A stretch of 64,000 nt of DNA, from positions 1 through 64,000 of the forward strand of contig CBDUPA010000016.1 of assembly GCA_965368975.1 (NCBI GenBank). Direction: 5' to 3'. Positions within the stretch are counted from its first letter, which is position 1, and every line of letters begins with the position of its first letter. This DNA comes from an uncultured bacterium (GTDB lineage Bacteria; Acidobacteriota; Thermoanaerobaculia; Multivoradales; JAHZIX01). The translations under genes and the position numbers were made by a program. Positions 35,156-44,045 of the stretch are shown in pieces. The notes beneath the pieces were generated by a model. The model was not told the origin of the DNA. It saw only the letters and a program-made list of their open reading frames with translations, and did no database searches.

Positions 35156-35731
35156 TCAGCCCTGCGTGCATTCGACCAGAGCCTCGACCACCCGCTCGGC
35201 TTGTTGCAAGTGACGCTGCTGGTGTAGCACCAGCATTTCCAAGGCGGCACCGACGCGCAGGCTCAGGAAACGGCTCTGCGGTGACGTCACCTCGACAGCA
35301 TTCAAGTCGAGACCGCGGGCGGTCTGCAGCAAGTCGAGCAGGGCCGACTGACCGTCGCAGAAGCGGTCGACGGAGGCGGCGTCGACGACGTCGTCGCCCG
35401 GCTGGAAGATACGGAAAGTCTTGATCCTGAATCCTTCGGGGCCAGCGGAGCGTACGAAGAGCTTGCCGAACCAGCCGGGATTGTAAACCGAGTCCGGGGC
35501 GGCTGCCGGTGCCTGAGCCAGTGCTTCGCGGATCCGTGGAACGTAGAGCCCGTCGGTGACGACGAGGTGCTCGAAGCACTGAGCGATACTCCAGGCCTTA
35601 CGGTCCGGTTGCCAAGTGCGCTGTGCCTGTGACAGGTTCTCGACGAGCAGTCGGGCTTGGTCGATGGTCGTGCGCGAGGTTGTGTCAATGGTGTCCAGAA
35701 GTTGATCGAAGGTGCGGGGAGTGCGGCTCAT
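35156..35731 (-). CDS. DinB-family protein
   Basis: WSIAQCFEHL and C-terminal HQQRHLQQA. Confidence 0.88.
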   Translation of the reverse strand: MSRTPRTFDQLLDTIDTTSRTTIDQARLLVENLSQAQRTWQPDRKAWSIAQCFEHLVVTDGLYVPRIREALAQAPAAAPDSVYNPGWFGKLFVRSAGPEGFRIKTFRIFQPGDDVVDAASVDRFCDGQSALLDLLQTARGLDLNAVEVTSPQSRFLSLRVGAALEMLVLHQQRHLQQAERVVEALVECTQG

Positions 35732-35857
35732 GAGGCTCTCTTACGAATGCGGTGGTTGAAGTGGAGGGGTGGCCAAATGAGGTCCAAGTATAGAACTTTG
35801 GCCACATCTTTGTGTGGGATATCTAGTGCAGACTCTCTGGTGATGCTGGTGATGTGC

Positions 35858-35886
35858 TTGACAGCCACGATGGTGTCTGGTTCAAT
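35858..35886 (+). promoter_or_regulatory. Candidate his operon promoter
   Basis: TTGACA, 17 bp spacer, then TTCAAT with a TG extension, 22 nt before the leader ATG. The -10 is imperfect. A CTGGTGATG x2 repeat lies just upstream (35837-35854). Confidence 0.5.
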
Positions 35887-35908
35887 GCGGCGCCTGAGGA
35901 CACCGACC

Positions 35909-36013
35909 ATGCGCACTTTGACCACCAACCCGCTCCGCCTCGACGCCGCTTTCGCGGCCCGCGGACGCGTTGCACGTGCGCACGCCCGGCATCACCATCA
36001 TCACCACGCGTGA
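35909..36013 (+). CDS. hisL: Histidine operon leader peptide (34 aa, His6 run)
   Basis: GAGGA RBS. Reads MRTLTTNPLRLDAAFAARGRVARAHARHHHHHHA-stop, directly upstream of the his operon. Confidence 0.85.
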   Translation: MRTLTTNPLRLDAAFAARGRVARAHARHHHHHHA

Positions 36014-36128
36014 TCCGGGCTCTCCACCCCGGACACCAGATTGTTCCGGGACGGCGGCCCTCGACCCTCACCTCATGACTCCCCGATAAAGCTTCGAAGC
36101 CAGCCTCCTCCCGGAACGGGATCGGAGG
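36014..36128 (+). promoter_or_regulatory. his attenuator with alternative pairings and an SD-sequestering hairpin
   Basis: TCCGGG(36014)/CCCGGA(36028). GTTCCGGGA (36043-36051) is the exact complement of TCCCGGAAC (36109-36117). CCTCC-TCCCG-GAA-CGGGA-TC-GGAGG masks the hisZ SD. Confidence 0.7.
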
Positions 36129-36136
36129 AAATCCAC

Positions 36137-37234
36137 ATGCGCGTATCCGCAGCCTTGCCGACAGGTGTCGCAGCTCTGTTCTTCGACGCTGCCCGGCAGC
36201 GCAGACGCCTGGAAACCCGTCTCGTCGAGCGGTTGGAAGCCGAAGGTTTCGCCGAGGTCATGCTGCCGATCCTCGACTACCTCGAACCCTACGAGCCTCT
36301 GCTTTCCGGTGCCGCGCGCGGTGAGCTCTACCGTCTCTTCGATCGCGACGGTGAGCAGCTGGCCTTGCGCTCGGACTTCACGCCCATGCTGGCCCGCCTG
36401 CTGGCGCCGCGCCTGGACTCGCTGCCGCGGCCGCTCAAGCTGTTCTACAGCGGCGATGTCGTGCGCTATCACGACGATGGCTCGGGTCGTCAGCGTGAGG
36501 CGTACCAGATCGGTGCCGAGTTGCTCGGAGCCCCGGCTGCGATGGGAGACGGCGAGGGAGCGCCGGCAGGGGACGCCCCGGCGGAGGAAATGCTGCGCCT
36601 GTTCCTGAGTCTGCTCGACGCCTGTGGCATCGCGGACACGCGCGTCGTTCTCGGCTTCGCTGGCTGTCTCGATGGCCTGTTACTAGATGCCGTCGAGCTC
36701 GAGGATACGGGGCTCAAGGATACAGAACTCGAGGACGCCAAGCGCCGGGTGCACCTGCTGACGGAGGCTGTGCTGCGCCGCGAGCGGAGTGCGGCACGCG
36801 CGGCGTCACGGGCGCTGCTGCAGGTCGTGGTCGACGGTATCCCGGAGGACAGCGACAGCCTGGGGGCGCGGGCCGGCGCCGAGCTGCGACGTTTGCTCGA
36901 CCTGCGCGCGCGCCTGGCTCCAGACTTTCCCAACGTTGATCTGCGCATCGACCTGGCCGAGTTCGCCCGTCACCACCGCGATCCGCGCTGCCACAACGGG
37001 GGGCCGCGGCGCTCCTACTACGACGGCCTGATGTTCCGAGCCTATGGTGCCGGAGGCTCCAACCCGCTGGCCAGCGGCGGGCGCTACGATGGTCTGTTCC
37101 AGCAGCTCAACGTGCCGCTGCCGGCGGTCGGTTTCTCGCTCATGCTCGATCGCATCCTCGAGGGTGTGCCCGAGGGTGTCACCGACTGCGGTCGCGACGG
37201 CGCTAGCGAGACCGCCGCGGGAGGTACCGCATGA
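36137..37234 (+). CDS. hisZ: ATP phosphoribosyltransferase regulatory subunit
   Basis: LPTG, DRDGEQLALRSDFT, REAYQIGAEL, SYYDGLMF, SGGRYD, AVGFS; directly before a short hisG. Confidence 0.92.
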   Translation: MRVSAALPTGVAALFFDAARQRRRLETRLVERLEAEGFAEVMLPILDYLEPYEPLLSGAARGELYRLFDRDGEQLALRSDFTPMLARLLAPRLDSLPRPLKLFYSGDVVRYHDDGSGRQREAYQIGAELLGAPAAMGDGEGAPAGDAPAEEMLRLFLSLLDACGIADTRVVLGFAGCLDGLLLDAVELEDTGLKDTELEDAKRRVHLLTEAVLRRERSAARAASRALLQVVVDGIPEDSDSLGARAGAELRRLLDLRARLAPDFPNVDLRIDLAEFARHHRDPRCHNGGPRRSYYDGLMFRAYGAGGSNPLASGGRYDGLFQQLNVPLPAVGFSLMLDRILEGVPEGVTDCGRDGASETAAGGTA

Positions 37235-37857
37235 TCCGCCTGGCTCTGCCCAAAGGACGCAACTTGCAGGTCGCTCTGGCCGCCTTCTCGGCTGCCGGTC
37301 TCGACTTGGGGGCCGAGGATGTGGCGCGCAAGCTTCGCCTCGAAGTGCCCGAGCTGGATCTGGAAGTGCTGCTGCTCAAGGATCCCGACGTGCCGCTCTA
37401 CGTGCAGCACGGAGCCGCCGATTTCGGTGTCGTCGGCACGGACGTGTTGGAAGAAAAGGGCGGCCAGCTGTTGCTGCCGGTGCGCTTTCTCGAGGGCGGC
37501 TGCCGGCTGTCGTTGATCGGTCGTCGAGGGGCCCAACTGCCGCCGCCGGGTGAGCAGGTGCGGCTGGCCACGAAGTACCCCAACATCGCACGCCGGGTGG
37601 TCGACGAGATGGCCTGGAGCGCCGAGATTCTGCGCCTGTCGGGTTCAATCGAGCTGGCGCCGCTGCTCGACCTCGCCGAAGTGGCACTCGACATCGTGCA
37701 GACCGGTCGCACGATCCGTGAGAACCACCTGCAGGAACTGCGCGTGGTGCGCGATGTCGCGCCCTGCCTGGTGCTCAATCCCGCGGCGTTCCAGCGCTAC
37801 CGGCCGCAGTTCAATTCGTGGATCGAGGCCCTCGAGGGCACCGGCTTGGTGGCTTGA
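37231..37857 (+). CDS. hisG: ATP phosphoribosyltransferase, short form
   Basis: ALPKGR, DVPLYV..G.AD.GVVG.DVL, ATKYPN, GSIELAP, DIVQTGRT. Confidence 0.96.
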   Translation: MIRLALPKGRNLQVALAAFSAAGLDLGAEDVARKLRLEVPELDLEVLLLKDPDVPLYVQHGAADFGVVGTDVLEEKGGQLLLPVRFLEGGCRLSLIGRRGAQLPPPGEQVRLATKYPNIARRVVDEMAWSAEILRLSGSIELAPLLDLAEVALDIVQTGRTIRENHLQELRVVRDVAPCLVLNPAAFQRYRPQFNSWIEALEGTGLVA

Positions 37858-37914
37858 GGTGAGGCGGCCCTACCAGGATTTTCGCGCCAAGAGCGGCGCA
37901 CAAGGACCTATGTC

Positions 37915-39351
37915 ATGAGTACAGATTTCCAGAACACCCCGCAGCAGAGAACTCTGGACCTGAACCTGTTCCCCATCCTCGACGCCGACAGCGCGGAGGG
38001 CCATCAAGCCCTCGACCGTCTGCTCGGCCGCGGCAGCCTGGTGCTCGATGCCGGCTTGCGCAACCGGGCGGCGACGCTGGTCGACACCGTGCGCTCTGGT
38101 GGTGATCGAGCCCTGCTCGACGCCGTGGGTCGTTTCGACCTGCGGGATGTGGAGGACACCGCCGCTGGTGAGGCGCTGAGCTCGGCGGATCTGCGCCTGG
38201 CCCCGCTGCCCCAGGATCGGCCCAACGACGTGGGGGACGACGGCGGTTGGCACGGTCTGCCGGTCGGCTTCGCCGAGGCGCTCGACCGCGCCATCGAGGC
38301 GGTGCGCGCTTTCCACGAACGCCAACTGCACGACGGCTTCCGCATGCAGCGCGAGGGTGTCGAGCTGGTCGAGAACCGATGGCCGCTGCGCCGTGTTGGC
38401 GTCTACGTGCCGGGCGGGCGTGCCAGCTATCCCTCGACTGTCGTCATGACCGTGGTGCCGGCACAGCTGGCTGGCGTCGAAGAGATCGCCGTTGCCACGC
38501 CACCGTCCAGCTACCGCACCATGCCGGCGCTGCGCTACACGCTGGCGCGCCTGGGGGTACACGAGGTGTGGGGGATGGGGGGCGCCCACGCGGTGGCGGC
38601 GCTGGCCTACGGTACCGAGAGCGTGCGCCGGGTCGACAAGATCGTCGGCCCGGGTAACGCCTGGGTGACCGCCGCCAAGGCCCTGGTCATGCCCGATGTC
38701 GCGATCGACGGCCTGGCCGGTCCGACGGAAGTGGTGATCGTCGCCGAGGGCGGAGCGGACATCTCCGCCGCCTGGCTGGCCGCCGACCTGCTGGCACAGG
38801 CCGAGCACGACCCGGTCGCGGCACCGGTGCTGATCACCGACAGTCACCAGCTGGCCGAGGCAGTGCGCCTCGAGCTGGCAGGGCAGCTCGCCGAGCTGGC
38901 GACCGCCGAGACCGCGCGCGCGTCGCTGCGTCACTTCGGCACTGCGCTGGTGGTGCGGGATCTCGACACCCAGGCGCTCGACCTGGTCGAGCGCATCGCC
39001 CCCGAGCATCTGCAGTTGATCGGCCCGCGGCCTGAAGCTCTGGCCGAGCGCGTGCGCAACGCGGGCGCCGTGTTCGTCGGTGCCAGCACGCCCGAGGTCT
39101 TCGGTGACTACGTCGCGGGTCCGAGCCACGTGCTGCCCACCTGCGGTAGCGCGCGCTACGCCTCCGGCCTGGGCGTCGAGGACTTCGTGCGCCGCAGTCA
39201 CGTCGTGCGTTTCGATGCCGAGGCCGCCGCCCAATGGGCCGAGGCTGCCGCTATCCTGGCCGACGCCGAGGGCTTGCCGGCGCATGCCGCCGCCGCCCGC
39301 CGGAGGGCGGGCAAAGACGATACCCACGCCCGCCGGAGGGCGGAGTCATGA
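37915..39351 (+). CDS. hisD: Histidinol dehydrogenase
   Basis: VGVYVPGG.A.YPSTV, DKIVGPGN, AGPTE, QAEHD, GPSHVLPT. Confidence 0.97.
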   Translation: MSTDFQNTPQQRTLDLNLFPILDADSAEGHQALDRLLGRGSLVLDAGLRNRAATLVDTVRSGGDRALLDAVGRFDLRDVEDTAAGEALSSADLRLAPLPQDRPNDVGDDGGWHGLPVGFAEALDRAIEAVRAFHERQLHDGFRMQREGVELVENRWPLRRVGVYVPGGRASYPSTVVMTVVPAQLAGVEEIAVATPPSSYRTMPALRYTLARLGVHEVWGMGGAHAVAALAYGTESVRRVDKIVGPGNAWVTAAKALVMPDVAIDGLAGPTEVVIVAEGGADISAAWLAADLLAQAEHDPVAAPVLITDSHQLAEAVRLELAGQLAELATAETARASLRHFGTALVVRDLDTQALDLVERIAPEHLQLIGPRPEALAERVRNAGAVFVGASTPEVFGDYVAGPSHVLPTCGSARYASGLGVEDFVRRSHVVRFDAEAAAQWAEAAAILADAEGLPAHAAAARRRAGKDDTHARRRAES

Positions 39352-40448
39352 GCTGGCAGATCGGCGACGATCCCAGCTCCTTGGTGCGCCCCGAGCTGCG
39401 CGAGCTGTCCCTCTACCACCTGGACCAGCAGCCCTATCGCTGGAAACTCGACCAGAATGAAGTTCCCTGGGACCTGCCGCGCCGGCTCAAGGAGCGCGTC
39501 GTCCGGCAGTTGGTCGAGCGCAGCTGGGCCACCTATCCGGACTTCCACGGCGACGAACTGCGGACCGCCCTGGGGCGGCGCTACGACTGGCCGACCGAAG
39601 GGGTGCTGGTGGGCAACGGCTCGAACGAGCTGCTGGGTCTGATACTGGAAGCCCTCGACACCTCCCGCGGCGGTGCGGCGGCGAACGGCGAGATCCTGAG
39701 CCTGCTGCCCGGCTTCAGCCTCTACCGCATGCTCACCCTGCGGGCGGGCAGAACCCCTCGATTCCTCGGGCCGGCAAGCGACCTCGGCTTGCCCCTGGCC
39801 GAGTTGCGAGCCGAGATCGAACGCGATCCGCACAGGCCGGTGATCCTGTGCAGTCCCAACAATCCCACCGGCTCCGCGGCGACCGTCGAGCAGGTCGACG
39901 CACTGCTGCAGCGGTTGCGGGCCCCGCTGCTGCTCGACAACGCCTACGGCGAGTTCTGCCGCCACGACTACCGCCCCTTGCTCGATCGGCATCCACACCT
40001 GATCTTGCTGCGAACCTTCTCCAAAGCCTGGTCCCTGGCCGGCATGCGCTTGGGGTATCTGCTCGCCGATCCGGGCCTGGTGCGGGAGCTGATCAAGGTC
40101 AAGCTGCCCTACAACCTGAGTCACGCCGGCGTGCTCGCCGCGCTCGCGGTGCTCGAGGAGCCTCGGCACGCCGAGCGCGCCGTGGACGCCATCCTACGTC
40201 GACGGGAGCAGTGGGCCGACTTACTGCGTGGTGCCGGGCTTCGGGTCTATCCGTCCGAGGCCAACTTCCTGCTCGTCGACTGTGGTCCTCGCGCGGCCAG
40301 CCTGCGCCAAGGCCTGGCCGAGCGGGGCATCCTGGTGCGCGACGTCAGCACCTATCACGGCCTCGCCGGCTGTCTGCGCTTCGCCATCGGCAGCGGCGGC
40401 GCCCTGCGAGCCACCCGCCGTGCTTTGGCGCAACTGGCATCAACCTGA
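39348..40448 (+). CDS. hisC: Histidinol-phosphate aminotransferase
   Basis: ATGA coupling. Motifs KLDQNE, GNGSNE, CSPNNPTG, DNAY, RTFSKAWSLAGMRLG. Confidence 0.96.
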   Translation: MSWQIGDDPSSLVRPELRELSLYHLDQQPYRWKLDQNEVPWDLPRRLKERVVRQLVERSWATYPDFHGDELRTALGRRYDWPTEGVLVGNGSNELLGLILEALDTSRGGAAANGEILSLLPGFSLYRMLTLRAGRTPRFLGPASDLGLPLAELRAEIERDPHRPVILCSPNNPTGSAATVEQVDALLQRLRAPLLLDNAYGEFCRHDYRPLLDRHPHLILLRTFSKAWSLAGMRLGYLLADPGLVRELIKVKLPYNLSHAGVLAALAVLEEPRHAERAVDAILRRREQWADLLRGAGLRVYPSEANFLLVDCGPRAASLRQGLAERGILVRDVSTYHGLAGCLRFAIGSGGALRATRRALAQLAST

Positions 40449-40466
40449 CCTTCAGGAGGAGATTTC

Positions 40467-41159
40467 ATGACTTCTGCAGCTTCCCCCGAAACCGCGTCCG
40501 TGGCCGCGGCCGCGTCCAACCGGCGCCGCGCGAGCTACGAGCGTACGACCGGCGAGACCGCCATCCGGCTGACGCTCGACCTCGATGGCCCCGGCGGCGA
40601 TGCCCGAGAAGCGGTCGGCAGACAGATCGACGTACCCGACGGCTTCTTTGCTCACATGCTCGACGCCCTCACCACGCACGGGGGTCTGGGTCTCGACCTG
40701 AGCGCGCAGGGTGACGTGGATATCGATCTGCACCACACCGTCGAGGACGTCGGCATCGCGCTCGGCGACGCGCTGCGCCAAGCCCTCGGCGACCACCGAG
40801 GCATCACGCGCTTCGCTCACGCCTATGCGCCGCTCGACGAAGCCTTGGCGCGCGCCGTTATCGACCTGTCGGGACGCGGCTTCTTCGCCTGGACCGTACC
40901 GCCCGAGCTGGAGCAGATCTGGGTCACCCGGGACTTCCCGCTCACCCTCGTCGCTGACTTCTTCCAGGCTTTTGCCGACCGCGGCCGTTTCACCCTGCAT
41001 CTGGAAGTGCTCGCCGCGCGCAACGGCCATCACGCCGCCGAAGCCGCCTTCAAGGCCGCCGCGCTGGCCCTGCGCCAGGCGCTGGCTCTGCGTCCGGAGT
41101 TGGCCCTGCGCGCGGGTGAAGCCGCGATCCCGTCCACCAAGGGTACCCTGTCGGCTTGA
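40467..41159 (+). CDS. hisB: Imidazoleglycerol-phosphate dehydratase (monofunctional)
   Basis: RTTGET, FFAHML, GD..ID.HHTVEDVG, PLDEAL, NGHH.AE, IPSTKG. Confidence 0.97.
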   Translation: MTSAASPETASVAAAASNRRRASYERTTGETAIRLTLDLDGPGGDAREAVGRQIDVPDGFFAHMLDALTTHGGLGLDLSAQGDVDIDLHHTVEDVGIALGDALRQALGDHRGITRFAHAYAPLDEALARAVIDLSGRGFFAWTVPPELEQIWVTRDFPLTLVADFFQAFADRGRFTLHLEVLAARNGHHAAEAAFKAAALALRQALALRPELALRAGEAAIPSTKGTLSA

Positions 41160-41166
41160 GGAAACC

Positions 41167-41829
41167 ATGATGTCCAGTCCCTCTCGACGCAGAGTCACCG
41201 TCATCGACGCCGGCGTCGGCAACCTCGGCAACTTGGTGCGCGCGCTCGAACACCTCGGTGCGGAAGTGCGCGTCAGCGAAGATCCGTGGGAAGTGCGCGC
41301 CGCCCGCTGCCTGGTGCTGCCCGGCGTCGGTGCCTTCCGACCGCCGCGCGAAACCCTGACCAAGAAACGCCTCGAGAGCGCCCTGCGCGGGGCACTCGAC
41401 CGGGGCGCCTGGCTGCTCGGTGTGTGCGTGGGCTTCCAACTGCTGTTCGAGGCGAGCGAAGAGTTCGGCGTCACGGACGGTCTCGGCCTCCTGCCCGGTC
41501 GTATCGAGCGTCTCCCCAGCAACGTGCCGCTACCGCACATCGGTTGGAATCGCTTGCACGGCCTGGTGCAGCATCCCCTGCTCAACGGTGTGCATCCCGA
41601 CGATCTCGACGCCGATCCCTACGTCTACTTCGTGCACAGCTTTGCTCCTGCCGACGTGCCGGCGACCCTGACTCTCGCCAGTTGCACGCACGGCCGCGAG
41701 TTCCCGGCCGTTGCCGGCTACGGCCGCGTGCTGGGCACCCAATTCCACCCCGAGAAGAGCGGCCAGGTCGGCCTGCGCCTGCTCGCCAACTACCTGGAGA
41801 TGGCCCATGGAACTGCTGCCGGCGATTGA
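41167..41829 (+). CDS. hisH: Imidazole glycerol phosphate synthase, glutaminase subunit
   Basis: GNLGNL, LPGVGAF, GVCVGFQ, PHIGWN, YFVHS, QFHPEKSG. Confidence 0.97.
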   Translation: MMSSPSRRRVTVIDAGVGNLGNLVRALEHLGAEVRVSEDPWEVRAARCLVLPGVGAFRPPRETLTKKRLESALRGALDRGAWLLGVCVGFQLLFEASEEFGVTDGLGLLPGRIERLPSNVPLPHIGWNRLHGLVQHPLLNGVHPDDLDADPYVYFVHSFAPADVPATLTLASCTHGREFPAVAGYGRVLGTQFHPEKSGQVGLRLLANYLEMAHGTAAGD

Positions 41830-42613
41830 CCTGCGCCACGGCGAAGTCGTCCGCCTGCGTCAGGGGGACGACGCCCGCCGCACCGTCTATAGTGCCGACC
41901 CTCGAGCGCAGCTCGAATCCTTCGCTGCCGCTGGCGTTCGCCGCGTCCACGTCGTCGACCTCGACGCCGCCTTTGGGGATGCGCCGCAGCGATCACTGCT
42001 CGAACGCTTGGTGCGCCACGCGCACGAACTGGGCATCGTGGTGCAGCTGGGTGGTGGCCTGCGGGATCGTGCCAGCGTCGAGTGGGCGTTCGAGCTCGGC
42101 GCGGTCCGAGGTGGAGTCGACCGGGGCGTCATCGGTTCCATGGTGGCGCGTGATCCCGACCTCTTCGCCACCCTGGTCACAGAGCACCCCGGCCGCATCG
42201 TCGCCGGCCTCGACTTCAAAGACGGCCAGCTGGCGATCAGCGGCTGGCGTGAGACCAGCGACGAGAGCTTCGACACCCTATGCGCTCGCCTGCGGGGCTT
42301 GCCCTGCGCCGCCGCGCTGGTGACCGACGTGCGCCGCGACGGCGAACTCGGCGGTCCGAATATCGAGTTGGCGCGTCGTGTGGCGCAGCAGACGGGCTTC
42401 CCGGCGCTCCTGTCGGGCGGTGTCCATGGCCTCGACGATCTGCGCCAGGCGCGTCGATGTCCCGAGATCGAGGGTGCCATCGTCGGGCGGGCGCTCTATG
42501 ACGGCAACTTCACGCTCGAAGAGGCGCTGCAGGCCTGTGCCGCAGAGACTCCAGAAACCACAGAGACTCCAGAATATGGAGAGAACCCACTGACCGGGGA
42601 GAGTGCCGCATGA
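41807..42613 (+). CDS. hisA: ProFAR isomerase
   Basis: [45 protein letters not shown]. Confidence 0.96.
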   Translation: MELLPAIDLRHGEVVRLRQGDDARRTVYSADPRAQLESFAAAGVRRVHVVDLDAAFGDAPQRSLLERLVRHAHELGIVVQLGGGLRDRASVEWAFELGAVRGGVDRGVIGSMVARDPDLFATLVTEHPGRIVAGLDFKDGQLAISGWRETSDESFDTLCARLRGLPCAAALVTDVRRDGELGGPNIELARRVAQQTGFPALLSGGVHGLDDLRQARRCPEIEGAIVGRALYDGNFTLEEALQACAAETPETTETPEYGENPLTGESAA

Positions 42614-43422
42614 GCCGCAATGGAACCAGTTTCCTCACCCGTCGCATCATCCCGTGTCTCGACGTCAGAGATGGACGGGTCGTCAAGGGTGTGCGCTTCC
42701 AGAACCTGGTCGACCAGGGCGATCCCGCCGAGTGCGCCCTGCGCTACGATCAGCAAGGCGCCGACGAACTGGTCTTCCTTGATGTCAGCGCCGCCCCCGA
42801 GCGTCGCGGTACCGATCTCGAATGGGTACGGCGCACCGCCGAGCAGGTCTTCATTCCCCTCACCGTCGGTGGCGGCGTCCGCAGCCTCGACGATGCACGC
42901 GCCCTGCTGCGCGCCGGAGCCGACAAGGTTGGCATCAACACCGTCGCCGTCGCGCGTCCCGCACTGCTGTCGGAACTCGCCAGGCGCTTTGGCAGCCAGT
43001 GCGTCGTGCTCAGCATCGACGCCAAGCTCACCGAAGACAGCACGCCAGAGCAGCCAAAGTGGGATGTCGTCACCCACGGCGGCCGCAAGAGCACCGGCAT
43101 GGACGTCCTCGAGTGGATGCAGCGCGCCGTCGAGTTGGGAGCCGGCGAGATCTTGCTCACCAGCATCGACGCCGACGGCACCCGAGCAGGCTACGACCTG
43201 CCGCTCCTGCGCGCTGCCGCCGAAGCCGTCTCGGTCCCGGTGATTGCCTCCGGCGGCGCCGGCAATGTCGATCACCTGGCCCAGGCGCTGGAGACCGGGA
43301 CCTCTGCGGTCCTGGCGGCGTCCATCTTCCACCAAGGCCAACTCACCGTTGGCCAAGTCAAGGCCGCCCTCGCCGCCCGGGGCTATCCCATGCGCGCGGT
43401 ACCGGAAGCGGAGGCAGCATGA
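42610..43422 (+). CDS. hisF: Imidazole glycerol phosphate synthase, cyclase subunit
   Basis: [51 protein letters not shown]. Confidence 0.98.
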   Translation: MSRNGTSFLTRRIIPCLDVRDGRVVKGVRFQNLVDQGDPAECALRYDQQGADELVFLDVSAAPERRGTDLEWVRRTAEQVFIPLTVGGGVRSLDDARALLRAGADKVGINTVAVARPALLSELARRFGSQCVVLSIDAKLTEDSTPEQPKWDVVTHGGRKSTGMDVLEWMQRAVELGAGEILLTSIDADGTRAGYDLPLLRAAAEAVSVPVIASGGAGNVDHLAQALETGTSAVLAASIFHQGQLTVGQVKAALAARGYPMRAVPEAEAA

Positions 43423-44045
43423 AATCCGATCTCGATCCCAAGAGCCTGACCTACGACGACAAGGGGCTACTTCCCGTCGTCGTGCAAGACGTCACCAGCG
43501 GTGCCGTCTTGATGCTGGCCTACGCCAACCGGCAAGCCGTCGAGTTGACGCTCGAGACCGGCGAAGCCCACTTCTGGAGCCGCTCGCGCCAGCAGCTGTG
43601 GCGCAAAGGGGAGACGTCGGGCAATGTGCTGCACGTCGTCGAGATGACCACCGACTGTGACCGCGATGCTCTCCTCGTGCGCGCCCACCCCGCCGGTCCG
43701 ACCTGCCACAAGGGGACGCGCAGCTGCTTCGAGCCGAATGTGAGCTCGCTGGAACTGGGCTGGCTAGACGACGTGCTACGTCAACGCGCCGAGGCCGATC
43801 CGGAGCAAAGCTACACCGCGCGGCTGTTGCGAGAGGGGATTGCGCGGGTGGCGCAGAAGGTGGGAGAGGAAGGCGTCGAGACGGTGATTGCGGCGATGAA
43901 GGGGGAGGCGGGGAAAGAAGAGCTGGTCAACGAGGCCGCAGACTTGCTGTACCACTTGTTGGTATTGCTGCGTGCGTCGGGCGTCGAGGCGGGGGAGGTA
44001 GCGTCGCAGTTACGGCGGCGTCACGAGGGGCCGAAGAGGCACTGA
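43419..44045 (+). CDS. hisIE: Bifunctional PR-AMP cyclohydrolase / PR-ATP pyrophosphatase
   Basis: [27 protein letters not shown], then [18 protein letters not shown]. Confidence 0.97.
   Translation: MKSDLDPKSLTYDDKGLLPVVVQDVTSGAVLMLAYANRQAVELTLETGEAHFWSRSRQQLWRKGETSGNVLHVVEMTTDCDRDALLVRAHPAGPTCHKGTRSCFEPNVSSLELGWLDDVLRQRAEADPEQSYTARLLREGIARVAQKVGEEGVETVIAAMKGEAGKEELVNEAADLLYHLLVLLRASGVEAGEVASQLRRRHEGPKRH

Noticed and set aside
35657-35928. ORFs 35728-35928 (-) and the 118-aa version of the His-rich ORF
   Set aside because: The region is a divergent, AT-richer promoter zone. The RBS supports only the 34-aa leader from 35909.
37855-37878. Possible REP remnant (GGCGGCCCTACC) between hisG and hisD
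   Set aside because: Too short and lacks the palindrome.
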